The notes beneath the pieces are model-generated. The model saw only the letters and a list, made by a program, of their open reading frames with translations. It ran no database searches and was not told the DNA's origin. Below are positions 1 through 15,098 of a stretch of DNA of 64,000 bases, piece by piece. Where the stretch lies: contig CM022677.1 of the NCBI GenBank assembly GCA_012295275.1, positions 4,898,001 through 4,962,000 on the forward strand, in the 5' to 3' direction. Made by a program: the position numbers and the translations under genes. Position 1 is the stretch's first letter. Each line of letters opens with the position of its first letter. The DNA comes from Chrysomallon squamiferum. Its lineage: Eukaryota > Animalia > Mollusca.

Positions 1-1396
<1,396 letters not shown>

Positions 1397-1596
1397 NNNN
1401 NNNNNNNNNNNNNNNNNNNNNNNNNNNNNNNNNNNNNNNNNNNNNNNNNNNNNNNNNNNNNNNNNNNNNNNNNNNNNNNNNNNNNNNNNNNNNNNNNNNN
1501 NNNNNNNNNNNNNNNNNNNNNNNNNNNNNNNNNNNNNNNNNNNNNNNNNNNNNNNNNNNNNNNNNNNNNNNNNNNNNNNNNNNNNNNNNNNNNNNN
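1397..1596. other. Scaffold gap (200 N)
   Basis: Run of 200 N; a round size suggests an arbitrary scaffolding gap. Confidence 0.99.
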
Positions 1597-2770
1597 TCTA
1601 GACAGTTTCGCAAGTGAAAACGTCAGTCCAGTGCGAGGTTTGCAGTCATGATGTGAGACTGGTTCAACCCAGCTTCTTACTCATTATAATGGTAAGTCAT
1701 TAACTAGGTACCAGTTTAACACTGTTGTATATTACAGTTTATAAAGTAAAAGTTCAATGTTATAAATCATATAGCTTTAGTATAGGTGCAGCAGCATTAG
1801 CTGCAGCGAGAGTTTAGCAGAGGATACAAGTAAACAGTTGGGCAGGTGACAACCGGGGGCTTACAGTAGGTAGGTATATTCGGGTGTAATTTGTTTATGT
1901 CATTTAAATAATACAATTGCTGACTGTAGGGAAGCGTGAAGTGTAGTTTAATCTGATCTTCCATTATCCACTGGGCAGGAATCCAGGAACCGGCAACCTA
2001 GGTTTGCAGCAGGCAGGTACCGATGTAAAATGGTATGATAACAGAGGAATGTAGTCTTCACAGCTAGACAGTTTGATTTGAGAGAAGTTGAAACACCAGC
2101 CCCCACCTAATGCTGTCATTTTACAGCTGGGATCGAATGACATGGTAACGACGAAGTCCAGGGAGCTGATTCAGAGCATCATTTGCTCGGCCCTACGACT
2201 CAGAGCACTGCTCCCCTCTATGAGGATCATATGGTCAGTTATGCTACCTCGCCTTTACAGGCTAAACAGCCAAAGCAGGTAGACAAGAGTGAACAGCGAG
2301 CAGATCACGAGCAGAGGGAGGAGCAGTCACTGGGCACCCCGCAGTGCGAGATCTCGATTTGCTCAGGACTCTCACTTGTCATTCACGGGAAATGCACTGT
2401 ACCTGGAAGGAATGCAGAAAGCGGTGGTTTTTGGTGGGGCAAGGTGTTTCCACGAGGTGAGTGGATGGCGGGACCCCCCGGAGACAGCTGCAGAGCTAAG
2501 GTTCATCTGGTCCAGGGTGAGGTTCCATCTACTGACCTGTAGGGGAACAGGTCATTCATTACCAAAGGATTCACTGGCAGGTGCCGTAAGAATTCGGGTC
2601 CCAAGGGGAGTGGTTCAGCCCACCTACGAATTAGCGAGGGGGAAGGTAAGGTAATGTAAATAAACTTGATCTTCGGGCCGAAGATGGGTTACCGAGTGTG
2701 CTGGTTTAATTAGGGAACCTTGGCTCTTGCCCACTCTGATTAAACTTCCAGGAAGGTATAAGCAGCCAAC
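1597..2770 (+). mobile_element. Decayed Ngaro/DIRS-type tyrosine-recombinase retrotransposon, 3' part (YR C-terminus plus SGNH hydrolase ORF)
   Basis: 1673-1889 translates, with frameshifts and stops, as LLTHYNGKSLTRYQFNTV...YKSYSFSIGAAALAAAR...KQLGR*..AY..YIR (cf. YR HSFRIGAA / LGRW-S-AY--YIR). ~1950-2430 gives SSIIHWAG..GNLGL..VKWYDNRGM*..PPPNAVILQLGSNDMV..IIWSVMLPRLY..DSHLSFTGN (SGNH blocks). GC content is higher than in the flanks. Confidence 0.85.
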
Positions 2771-3151
2771 CATGCACACCAGGTTGGTACTGACAAGCCA
2801 CAAACTCTACTGTGAGTGCAGTCAGTATGTCTCCAGTGTGTTCTGGGTTATTAGTTTTATTCAGCTGCGTACAGTTTTTTTTATCCAACAATAAAACGGT
2901 TTGGAGGTATTCATGTAAATGTAAATAATTGTATATCATGAAAGGTCTCACTTGTACATAGTTTTGTAAATAAAGATATATGTTATCATTTTTAGTGTTT
3001 ATCATCTGGGCATTAATTAGAGATATCTGCTTGAATATTTACCAATGTGTTTATTAAATATTGCCAATAAATCGAGCGCTTCAAATTCGTATCCATGCTT
3101 CCCAGTAAATTAACTCTTGCACAGTGTAGAGAAAAAAAGTAATATATATGA

Positions 3152-3201
<50 letters not shown>

Positions 3202-3227
3202 CGCACACACACAAACACACATGAAAT

Positions 3228-3872
3228 AAGTTAAAATATTTAAAAATAATAACAAAAACGAAACAAAAACAAAATTAAATTAAATAAATAAATGATCACA
3301 CTAAATTAAAAGGATACAATGTGTGTACCTAAGTGTATGTGTGCATATTTATGTGTGTGTAGAATAGAGAAGTTATAATCATTGTTTCCTATTCCATAAA
3401 CGTCCGTATTTAATGCATTTTTTAAATAATTAGTTCACAAAAGTAATTAGGAGTAAGTGCTAGCAAGATAGACTCAGACGACTCCTAGTAGTATTTTTCT
3501 GGTCTTTTACTGCTACTGCTACAACCACCACAATTACTATTATACACTGCTCAAATACTTACCAAGCGTTTCAGATTCGTCTCTTGCGCAGCCTAGGAAA
3601 AAAATTACATATACATATATAATAAAGTAAAATGTTAAAAAATAATAACAAAAACAAAACAAAAATATAAATAAATAAATAAAACATCATACTAAATTAA
3701 AATGATGCAATATCTGTATATGTGTGTGTGTAAGTCTGTGTATGTATGTATATACATGTTTTGCGTAGAATAGAGAAGTTATAATCATTGTTTCCTATTC
3801 CATAAAGGTCAGTATTGAATGTTTTTTACTTCATAAAAGTAATCAGAAGGGAGCAAGTGCTAGCAAGATAGG
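3228..3872. repeat. Local tandem duplication, two ~240-bp diverged copies
   Basis: gtagaatagagaagttataatcattgtttcctattccataaa and gtgctagcaagatag occur at ~3359/3457 and again at ~3765/3857. Confidence 0.85.
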
Positions 3873-5961
3873 ACAAGACGAGTGACTGCTATTGGGAACT
3901 TTGATTAACACTGGGAACTGTATGGTTATGTCACATGACACATAAGGCAGTTGCTGTCTAGAATTTAAGCAAGGAATCTGGCCCTTGATAGTAGGACCTT
4001 AAATTACTGTTAGTCAAGGTAAGCATGTTTGTATTTGTTAATAGTATAATTCATGATGTGCTATAGAATATCTGAGATCAATAATTAATATAGACTTATT
4101 GCTTTCATTTTAATATATCTGCTAAAGAGAACAGTTAAGAGTATTATGTATAAAAGATGGGACAATAATTATATTTTACTGCCCAGTTTCATTTGTGGAC
4201 TTTCATTCATATCGAATATGCTGGCGCACAGTTAATTCAGTGTCTTCGCATAGTTTTAAGTAACAGTAACTCAACTGTGTTAGTGTTCACATGGAAATAG
4301 ATTTAAAAATAAACATGATACACAAAGTATTTTCTCAGTAAACGCAGCTGACATAATTATTTGTTATTTCTGTTCAGGTGGCGACACTGGTTCTGTGGGG
4401 TAAGTGTTACTGACATCACTACTTACATGATTGCATATGTTTTATATTTATGTGTAATTGTTAATTTACATGTGCTAGTGTTTGTGTCTTTATGATAAGA
4501 GTTAATCTAATCGTTAAATATAAATGTCTCAGTGATATTATATTTATGTTTTCAATATAAACCAAAATATGAAAAATTGCAGAACGTTCATATATATATG
4601 TATTTAAAAAGGCTTATGATTCAATTATTATTATATGACACTTTCATTTATGTATAAAGGATTTTTATAGAGACTTTTATATATTGTAATTCGTTCTATT
4701 TATCAAAAGCGGCAGAAATCATCACAGGCAGATGTATCGTATTAATAGTAGCATGCTAGGTGTCCATGCGCCAGATAAACACAAAGATTTCTGAGTCGCT
4801 TATTTAAAAAAAATAATAATAAATGAGTCTGTGTAAAAGAGAAAAACGAATTAATCATTCCACTGTCTAATTAAAAAAAGCTCCCACGAAAATCAACAAG
4901 TTTTAACTCCACATCTAAGCTGCGTTATTAGTTGCTCTATTTTTGTCTGAAGTGGATATCTGCCACTGAAGTCAAAAAACATTTTAGTCCCTACGAGAAT
5001 TCCCAGCCAACCACCAGGTTTGTAATCTTCCTCCATCAGAAGTGGTATGACAGCGTTCTTTCGTTCAAATGAATATTCACCTTCTATTCATTGTAAATAA
5101 ATAAATAAATAAATAAAACAAAATTTAAAAAGTCATAAGTGTATCCCTAAAACCTGTTGTTGTTGTTGTTACTCTACTACCACTATTACTTTTCTAGTTC
5201 TTAAAAAATAAATAAACATTACAGTAATTACTACTGTTATTACTACCACAGCCAGTATCATTACTACTGTTACTACGACTACTACTGTGAGCACTACTGC
5301 TACTACAAGCTTTCAGAGATCAGTAGCCTCTCAGTCAGAAGTGGTACAATATTTTTCTTCAGTGAAACTGCACATTCAGTTGCTCTTCATTTAAAAAAAT
5401 AATGATAATGATGATGATGATGATGATAATAATATTAGTACGACTAATAATACTGCTACAACTATTACTAGCAAAAGTAGTATGCATACATACTGATTTT
5501 ACTATTACCATCATTACGACAATTATTACTTATCTACTTCTGTTACTACTATTAATACTAATACTACTTCTGTTACTAGTAATACTACTTCTAGTATTGC
5601 TTCTAATACTATAATCATCACTACCATAACTACAAGTAACTATGAGTATCACTAATACCATACTACTGTTACTCCTGATGCAGCTGCTACTACTAGTACT
5701 TCTAATTTAAATGGTGATAATGCTAAAATGGTTGAAAGAAAGAAAACTTGTTTACATAGCAACAATTATAAAAACATGTCAGTTGTGCATTAATTTAGTT
5801 AAGAAAGACAAATTCAAGAAATAATTAACCGCCTTACAAACAACAGTTCATGAGTAACTTTTGAACAAAAGTGGTTAACAACACACACAATGAAGACGAC
5901 AGGATGAGTTAAAATTGAACAATTGTCTGTTAAAACATTATCGGATGGCTTTGGGATTGTC

Positions 5962-6089
5962 TTAATATTCTGACAATACAGTCTGCAGAGACTCTACAGT
6001 CTTGTAAGTGTATGAATATCGTGACAACTTGAAAAAGTTGGCAATGAAGTTGCCTTTTCTTCCTTCATGTGCAGGGATATTGTATAGCT
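5962..6089 (-). CDS. Candidate terminal coding exon (phase 1), unknown product
   Basis: Acceptor tgttttcatag, then open frame (E)LYNIPAHEGRKGNFIANFFKLSRYSYTYKTVESLQTVLSEY*. Phase matches the TIR exon donor at 9117, but no motif is recognised. Confidence 0.25.
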
Positions 6090-6348
6090 CTATGAAAACA
6101 CAGAATTACATTCCATGACCTAAATGACTTTGTAAACACCAACAAAGCTGCCCACCCAGTTTTGGGAAACGATGCAGTGTACAAAGATAAAAAAGAACAC
6201 TCCAAACATATGCAATCTTTGAAAATAAAAGATGCACTTGCTATTAGTTTATCTAAATGTAAAGATGTTCATAAAGAACTAGGCATTGTTTAAGAAATTA
6301 ATGAAACGAACAAACAAAAATAAATAAATAAATAAATAAAACTCTCAA

Positions 6349-6512
6349 CAGTGATGAGATGACGTGTGTGTGATTCGTTACATGTTCTCAGTGATCAGAT
6401 GACGTGTGTGTGATTCGTTACATGTTCTCAGTGATCAGATGACGTGTGTGTGATTCGTTACATGTTCTCAGTGATCAGATGACGTGTGTGTGATTCGTTA
6501 CATGTTCTGTGA
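6349..6512. repeat. 40-bp tandem repeat x4
   Basis: cagtgatcagatgacgtgtgtgtgattcgttacatgttct repeated nearly perfectly. Confidence 0.97.
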
Positions 6513-8130
6513 TCGCCACACATTTGCAGCACTTACAGTTGAAAACAAGTCGGGATTTTTGAAGGTTTATGTTTTAGATGTTTTAAATATGTATAAAACA
6601 TGCAGAACTCATACTGAATGTTCAATTTTCTCAAGGAAAACATCAGACACTTGTTCATGTGGACATTAAAAGAAAGGAAAATTCAAGGCCAAACATTGTT
6701 ACCAGTGCATGTTTTGTTGTCTAACCAGTATATGAGGGTCAGAGACAGAGAATGTACTATGCCCATTATTCCTGTTAAAGTTGAAATGGTTTAAATGCTA
6801 CATTCTTAGATCCACGTTCAAGTGTTTCTTTTCCTTATCAGATATGTAATCAGTAAAGTTGGTGCCTCTGATAAAACGGATGAAAATTACTCTGGATACA
6901 GTGGGTGAACTGTGCACTGTGACCACATTATCTACAAATGGAAACGAGATTTTTAATCTTAACTATGAAAATGTGAGTTTTCCTAAGCTGTATTTAAAAG
7001 ATAAGAGACTGTTACTGCATTCGTTTTGATCAAAGATATTTCTTGTTGATCCTATCTGTATGAAGTTGCCAGAGACAGACGGCCAGAGATAGGCTTGCTG
7101 ATAGGTATTTAATGTGCCAGACACAGACTGGAGCCAAAAACAGTCCACATCCTGTTAAGACACATGCTGATTGGATGTTGTGGACTGTTATCCTTGGTTC
7201 CAACTACAAAGTGAACGAAGAGCATTTACACTCTTCCATGGAAAGAATTGACATGCTTGCTGCTGACTAAACTGAACAATTGAAGCGGTTGGATGTGATG
7301 GTTCGCCAATCAGTACACTTGATCTTCCAGAATGAACGAAAGATGATAGTAATAATAATTTGGGATGAAGAGATTACAGGTAATAATCTTGGGAATTGGC
7401 ATCACTGGGTAAAATATCTAGCAGAGACGGAGAATTTTACACACAGACATCTTTGGTAAGGTCATTTCCTTTGAATTACACATTTTCTTATGCTAGTTGT
7501 AAGGGATATGATGTGATAGCTTCTCTACATTTAGTGACTGAATATGGTGGCATTCATTGTTCACTTGTCAAGACAAAAGAAACATTTGCATTTTTTTTTA
7601 AATTTTAAAAAGGTCTATTCCTTTGATGATAAGATCATTTCCTTTGAATTACACGTTTTCTTATGATGTTATAGCTTATCTACATTTAGTGATTGAATCT
7701 GGTGACATTCACTGTTCACGGCAAAAGCAAGAGTTGCCGTTTTAAAACGAGTGACTTTTCCAGGAATGGAACTGACAGATGCTCATGTAGTTTCATTTGG
7801 GATAAAACCTGAAGCATCCTTCGTGCACAGTTTTGGTTTGAGCGGCCTCTCTTTCTAAGGAAAACTACTGATTTTGTCATACAGTGAAAGAAATTTGTTA
7901 CATTTATTCTAATAATCTGGAAGTGTAAATGTATCTTTGGTAAATCAGTTATCAGGAGTTATGGATAGATTTGTTAATTATTTTTCTTCATGGACGATCT
8001 CAAGAAGATAACTGGTTAGTTGATAATATTTAAAGACATCTTAAATTTTGTGCAAACAAATTTGTTACCTAAAGATTCTCATGTGTCATCATTTATACTG
8101 TCGTAACATTGTGGGTCATGCTGAAAACCC
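6505..8130 (+). mobile_element. Highly decayed, internally deleted BEL/Pao LTR retrotransposon (gag knuckles, protease, RNase H, integrase-adjacent fragments)
   Basis: Motifs in order: LCFRC..KTCRTHTECSIFSRK/HQTLVH (~6568-6660, Gag Zn knuckles); CTMPIIPVKVE..TFLDPRSSVSF (~6753-6832, protease LDxGS); IGLLIG (~7090); FSYASCKGY..LHLVTEYGGIHCSLV (7484-7570); AKARVA.LKRVTFPGMELT (~7721-7776; cf. KSRVAPLK..TIPRLEL); LPKDSHVSS (~8066). Confidence 0.8.
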
Positions 8131-9117
8131 ACAATCCTGGTACATAAAAGACACACGCTTTGTACAGAATGTGAAGGAACACTAGTCAATCAACTTGTTT
8201 CCAAATGTGTATTTCACAAATACAGAGTTAAATAAAAAATAAAATAAAATAGCAAATCTTGCTACTGATCGACTGGTGCCTAATGAAACACAATTCACTC
8301 AGTGGACGTAGATTATTTGAGATCTTTTATGATAAAACAAAAATGCATTGTAATAAGAGACTTTACTGTTATATGTTTAGCTATTTATGATGTTCACGTG
8401 GAGCTTGCAATATACCTGGAAAAGAATATTCAGTGATCCTCCCCGTGAATCACCCCATAGACATGTATGGAAAAGGATGCCATCAGTCAGAAAAATTATA
8501 TGCCTTGGCCATGAAGATTTCCTCTGAGATTATTTTAAGCAAAGGATAATTATGTAAAAAGACGATAGATGTATTCTAGAAACAATGGTCTAAAGAAAAT
8601 CTTTTTCATAAACATACATCTGTGGGTGATGAAATCTCCAATCTAATTTAAAGAAGTATATAAAGATGAATTGATGTTGTGTCCCATTAGTTACCTCTAC
8701 TATTACTAATACTACTACTACCATTACAACCGCTACAGCCGTTACTGCTACTACTACTATCACACTACTGTTGTTACTGTTATCATGAGACAGATAATTT
8801 TTGAGATTAGCTATAAATATAGACGATGTGATGTTATATCCATCACATCAAGCACCTCGGACAAAAAGATAACAAGAGAAAAAGTTGAGAAAATCTGAAG
8901 AGAGAGGGACACATAAAACATCAGTCTAATTTAAAAGGTCACAATACTGAAATGGTTCACAGAAAGTAAACTTTTAAACAGAAAACAATGGTCTAGTTAC
9001 CACTACTACCACTAAGATTACTACTAGTAATATCGCTACTACTACTACTACCACCCCACTACCATTACTACTACTACTACTGTTACTATTACCAGCACAA
9101 GCACGACTACTACTAAC

Positions 9118-9277
9118 CAGCTTGACAGTTACGACTTTCCTTGTAGCTGCGTGACATACAGATAAGAATCACATCAGCTTTCTCAACAGTTTCTGCCACT
9201 GCCTCAAGAGTGGATCCACCCATGTTCTCCACATCCATCCGCACACGGAAATTAGCTCTCTTCAGAGACTCGTTTAC
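9118..9277 (-). CDS. Isolated exon encoding part of a TIR domain (TIR_2 / SARM-like, ARM-TIR type); possibly pseudogenic
   Basis: Acceptor tttgcttcacag and donor gttagt bound a 160-nt exon (phase 0 to 1): VNESLKRANFRVRMDVENMGGSTLEAVAETVEKADVILICMSRSYKESRNCQA(E), matching the VWxDVExMxGSTLEAMAxAVExAxVxLxCxSxxYKxSxxCxxEAEY pattern. Confidence 0.8.
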
Positions 9278-11872
9278 CTGTGAAGCAAACAAGAGCACAT
9301 AACTCTAATTTTAAAATAATAAATTCTAACATTTTGTGTTATGCGAGCTTCCATCAATATAAAAAATATTTAAATTGAAAACTGAGATACTATAAATTTA
9401 AATATTGTATTTTAACAGGAAAACTAGCTATTTTTAAATATCATTTACTATAAAGAATGTTTATATTTTATTAAAGTTAATAAACAAATTAATTTAATAA
9501 AAACAATAAATAATTGAATGTGCATTCATGTCAATAAACTTGCGGATAGAAACACATACACACATACATTTAGGTTACATGTTCATATATGCATAATATA
9601 AATGTAACCCCCAAAATAAATAACATGATATGTAATTTACCAATACAACTATGTTGCAATTGCTATCAGTACATTTTTTATGTTTACTTCCATAATAATT
9701 ATTATTCATTTGATTATTCTTGACTTTACTATTATTACTATTATTATTATTATTATTATTATTAGTAGTAGTAGTAGTAGTAGTATAGTAGTATTCCTGA
9801 GTTTATTATTATTAGTAGTATTACAACAAATATATTAAATATATGTTTATCTCTGTGCTACTTCTGCTATTACCGTTACTACTTCCTCTACTACTATTTT
9901 AACTACTTCTTGTATTACCTCTGCATTTGTGTATTTACAAAGACTACATTTAAATAATAAGAAAAAATAAAAATAAACAAAAACAAAGCAAAAAAATCAA
10001 ATCAAAACAAAAAAATAAATATATAAATTATTTTATTTTATTTTATTTTATTTTAATTTATTTTGTTTCTTAAAAGTTTCAAGTATTTTATTTATTTATT
10101 AATTTTTTATCTTTGTATTAATTTAATTTGATTTTTTCTATTATTTGTTTTTCTTTACAGTGATACAATATATAATACAGTATTTTGATAAATCGTTTTT
10201 GATTCCATTATTAAAATTATTTATTACATGTCAACAGAAATGATTTAGCTTGTTCAATCATTCCTGCATTAGTACAACAGAAGCTCCCATAGATTTGATA
10301 GATCCTGTAACATCGCCTGCTGATCAGCTTCATAATGCTGAACATGTGGTCTTCCTATTTACACAGAACATTACAGAACATTTGCTTTCTTTTTCAAAAG
10401 AACCAAATTTAATCTCAGGATTTAGGTGTTGAAAAGAGTGCTGGAGATTGACACTCCACTGACTGAAAATCGGACCTTATGAAACGTCACAGGAAAACCT
10501 TGTATATATATCTATAAAGATAAAATGTTCCTATTAATATTAACAAAGTACGACTTCCAGTGAGTTAGTTACTGAGCTGACCAGCAAAGGGAAGTAAAAC
10601 ATACATGACTCTCAGTCAGTTTCATTGATCAAAGTTGACACTCACAGGCACCCAAAGATTTAAATCTTGGAACAATAACTCATTTCTTTCGTATATTACA
10701 AATCTTTTTTTTTTTTTTTAACAAGAAAGTCACGCACACACACACAAAAATAATAATTTTCCAACAGTTTTGAAGCACTTGACATAGAAATGCTGTTTAT
10801 TTTTTTCCAGATAAATTCCTTCCTTAGATATGAGCTAGCAGCTCAGAAATACTGGTCTTAAACCCCAAATTTGGACGGTATTTTTGTCCATTTTCTTTCA
10901 GTACAATAAAATGCCTAATTGTAGTCCGATTTTTATAATTCAAACTGAATTTTATTCAGAATGAAAAGACCTGTAGGTTGACTAGTGGTGGGGCCAAATG
11001 ACAGAGTTCAACTCACCTGCAGCGAAAAAATACAGTTCACTTCACCATCGTATTCTGACAATAATGTGTATGCTATGTGACCTGAATTCTGATTTTTTTG
11101 GTTGTAATCAACTGATCATATTATTGGTATTGAATACAGTGCAACAGCCATAAGGGTGACCGGGGCAGGTTGAACCATGTGACAGGTTAGGCCACCTTAC
11201 AATTAACATTGTAGCAATTTGTTTTTTACCATTTAAAAGAAAAAAAATATATATACATATATTATTCACTTATTGTTTTGGATTAGCCCAGCGATGTGCA
11301 GATACGGGGGGCATCCAATCAGAGGAAAGAACGTAATAAATTTAGTTAATTTACATTCAGATCGAATAATATATTCAAAATATTTTCCTTTCTCTGTGCT
11401 GAGCCTTATACATGAGTCTTTGGTGCATACAGTGAAGGAGCTGGCCCCAGGTATCGCCAGACCTCTACACGCCACTGGATGAGCCAGATCTCATATGATG
11501 GCGCTATTTTGCTTTTCAAACTACCAAGAGATGTTCTCTGATTTGACATTGTAAGCTTTGTGTTTTGGAATATTCGACTTCTTACAAATAGCTAAAGGTT
11601 AATTACTTTCAAAGGTAATCTTTGTGATGTAGAATTAAGAAAACGCTTCGAAATACGATCACATCTGAACGAGCTGGCAGATGCTGGTCAGCAAGTTGAA
11701 AACACAAAGCAGACTCTCTGGGGAAGGTCGGGCCGGGGTGGGTTGGGCCATACTCCAACCAGCCCTAGAGCACACCATTAAATGTTTGTGTAATTGTGTA
11801 ATAACTTTCTTGTACAGTTTTAATCATTCAGTTTCTGATATCAGTGAAATGGTCAACTGGACCTTTAATAAC

Positions 11873-11938
<66 letters not shown>

Positions 11939-12378
11939 CATAATTATTTATCTATTTACTGATTTATTTATTTATTTATATATTAGCATATACCATTAAA
12001 TGTGTGTTATTATATACTAATATTTCCGTTACCGTGTTTAAACATGTTACTTGCCGAGCCACAGATTGTGTGCACATCCTTATAACGTCGCTATAGCAAT
12101 AAAGAATAATAGAAAATATAATAACTAAATAAGTGATGTTTCTCTTTCATTCACTTTTACTGGAATTTTTATCCGTGACAAATACAAACACGTCAACAGC
12201 GTCGTAACTGTGTATTTATCAAATAAATTTAGTAACACTTTATATCGTGAAATATATGTATATTTCCCGTTTAGAATTATTTCATTCCTGAAACAGTCTT
12301 GAAGTGAATTAAAATTATTAGGAATTTTAAAATGATGAGAAGCCAGTTCAATCTGTATTTTTAATATTTTTTCATATA

Positions 12379-12444
<66 letters not shown>

Positions 12445-13119
12445 GATACGAGTTCGATGGGAAAAAAAAAGTACTGAGTCTGACGAACTGGCTCTGGTTT
12501 CAGAAAATGAATTCGGGCTCCATGTTGGTAAAACACCCAGTCAAACTTAACCCGTGACAAACACAAAAATGTCAACAACGTGGTTAGATTGCATTTCCAA
12601 GTTACTTTGAAATAAATCACATATTTTGTGCTTATTGGAGAGTGTTTATGTTGTGTAAGAGGCACTGTCGCAAGGTGACCTAAGGTGAACCAATCTACCC
12701 CAGGCTGATTGGGCTAGGCCAGTTTGGGTATGTGTCTGTAACCATTAATTATTAAAAAAGAATAAATAATCAGGATTTTTCAACCATTTATAATTGCTTC
12801 TAAATAATCAAAGTTTCTTTTAATCCACTATAAGGGTTTGTTTTCTGACCTGTATTTGAATTACAGGTTAAAATTGCAGAACGTTACTCCAGCTGTCCCG
12901 ATGTCCACAACAATGCACATAAATGATTATGGCGTATAGACTGAATTAATGTTTGTAGGAGCTTTGGAATTTTTTATGAATAAATTTGAAATTAATCATG
13001 AATTTACGGAATGTATAGTTACTTCACGAATAAATAATCTATAATTCAATAATCGTAATATATGGCAGTTTGTTGTACAAAAAAATGAATGTATATATAT
13101 ATATAAGATATTTTAAGGA

Positions 13120-13190
13120 TTGGGGTCGCTTCCTGATTGCTTGTTCTAAAATGGGTCGCTATGTTTGAAAGGTTGGGAAGCACTGGTCTA
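13120..13190 (+). mobile_element. hAT (Charlie-like) DNA transposon right terminus
   Basis: ggggtcgc...aaatgggtcgc...gaaaggttgggaagcactg followed by gtctaa resembles Charlie-type ends (AAAAGTTTGRGAACCACTG with a nTCTAGAn-like target). The matching left end was not found. Confidence 0.5.
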
Positions 13191-13353
13191 AGGTGTAGTC
13201 GATAGATTATAAAATAGTTCTGCTTACAAAATATACGTTTTTAAGTTACTGAGAATAAAAAGCAGTTGATGTAGTCGTACTGTTACTGGAGTGATCGTTA
13301 CAGTAGTGTGGTAGTAGATGCATTATTGGTGTTTTTTATGTTACTAATAGTGC

Positions 13354-13394
<41 letters not shown>

Positions 13395-13399
<5 letters not shown>

Positions 13400-14336
13400 A
13401 TGTATATATGTACACTGAGACACATACACACATACAGAGAGAAAGAAAGAGAGGTGTACATATATCTATATTTATCTATATAGATACATACAGACAGACA
13501 GACACACAGAAAATGATACACAAATTACACATCACTCACAGATAAAAACATATATATACGTTTGTATGTATGTATATGTACATTGAGACACATACACACA
13601 TACAGAGAGAGAGGTGTGTACATATATCTATATTTATTTATATAGATACATACATACAGACAGACAGACAATGATACACAAATTACACATCGCTCACAGA
13701 TAAAAACATATATATATGTTTGTATGTATGTATATGTACACTGAGACACATACACACATACAGAGAGAGAGAGGTGTACATATATCTATATTTATCTATC
13801 TAGATACATACAGACAGACAGACAGACAATGATACACAAATTACACATCACTGACAGATAAAAACATATATATATGTTTGTATGTATGTATATGTACATT
13901 GAGACACATACACACATACAGAGAGAGAGAGAAAGAGAGGTGTGTACATATATCTATCTAGATACATACAGACAGACAGACAATGATACACAAATTACAC
14001 ATCACTGACAGATAAAAACATATATATATGTTTGTATGTATGTATATGTACATTGAGACACATACACACATACAGAGAAAGAGAGGTGTACATATATCTA
14101 TATTTATCTATCTAGATACATACAGACAGACAGACAATGATGTACAAATTACACATCACTGACAGATAAAAACATATATATATGTTTGTATGTATTTATA
14201 TGTACATTGAGACACATACACACATACAGAGAGAGAAAGAGAGGTGTGTACATATATCTATATTTATTTATATAGATACATACATACAGACAGACAGACA
14301 ATGATACACAAATTACACATCGCTCACAGATAAAAA
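13395..14336. repeat. ~155-bp compound minisatellite, about 6 copies
   Basis: gatacacaaattacacatc recurs at ~13515, 13673, 13831, 13985, 14139 and 14303. Confidence 0.95.
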
Positions 14337-14761
14337 CGCACTCATGGACCTATAAGAACTAATCAAGTAAAAATGTCAAATGTATTACGTATTTTGACAG
14401 AGTTTCTTTTTCTCAAAGTATTAAAGTCGTTCACTGTGCATTAAAGACACAAGAAACAAAGTTAGTTTTTATTAGCGCCAAATCCGACTTAGCGCATTGT
14501 TTAAATTCATTCACGACAGATTTAGTTTTAATAAAGAATCAACAGATTCCTGTCTCTACTGAGTTCAGCTCGAGGCTCAAAGTCATAAATTTTGTGAAAT
14601 GAGGAAAACGAAAGAAATGTAAAAACAAAGAAGCTAAATTAATTAATTAAAAATGACAAAAACAACAAAAAATAATAAATAAATAAATAAATGTATGAAT
14701 GAATGAATAATAATAATAATGATAATAAATCACATTTCTCTTTAATACACGATTTATTTCG

Positions 14762-14806
<45 letters not shown>

Positions 14807-15098
14807 TTACACAGGTGTTAATTTCATTTAAAATTTAACTTTACAAACAATGAATATTCAAAGTAAAAATATTACAAAATACTAAACAGATAATCCTAAT
14901 TTGTATTTAGATATTATAATTTTTTTTAAACTGTTTCTTAAAAGGAAAGTATTAAACAATTTGCGGAAATTAATTGTGGTTTGAGACCAAAACACGGTTT
15001 ACTCACTATTATTCCAGACGCCGTGTAACAAGAGATGTTAGTTTCATGACGTCAAATTACCTCAAATATGTTGTTACGCTGAACATAGATTTTATTAA

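Noticed and set aside
6753-6790. PIIPVKVE as the missing TIR continuation
   Set aside because: Wrong strand, and it sits in BEL/Pao protease context (followed by FLDPRS).
11018-11085. Minus-strand segment GHIAYTLL...SLQ|gtgagt as the upstream TIR exon
   Set aside because: Good donor and phase, but it lacks the MISY-W motif expected at the start of this TIR type.
11150-12730. Complete DNA transposon bounded by ggggcaggttgaacca-like ends
   Set aside because: The putative TIRs match only loosely and there is no transposase frame or TSD; it may be a relic but cannot be supported.
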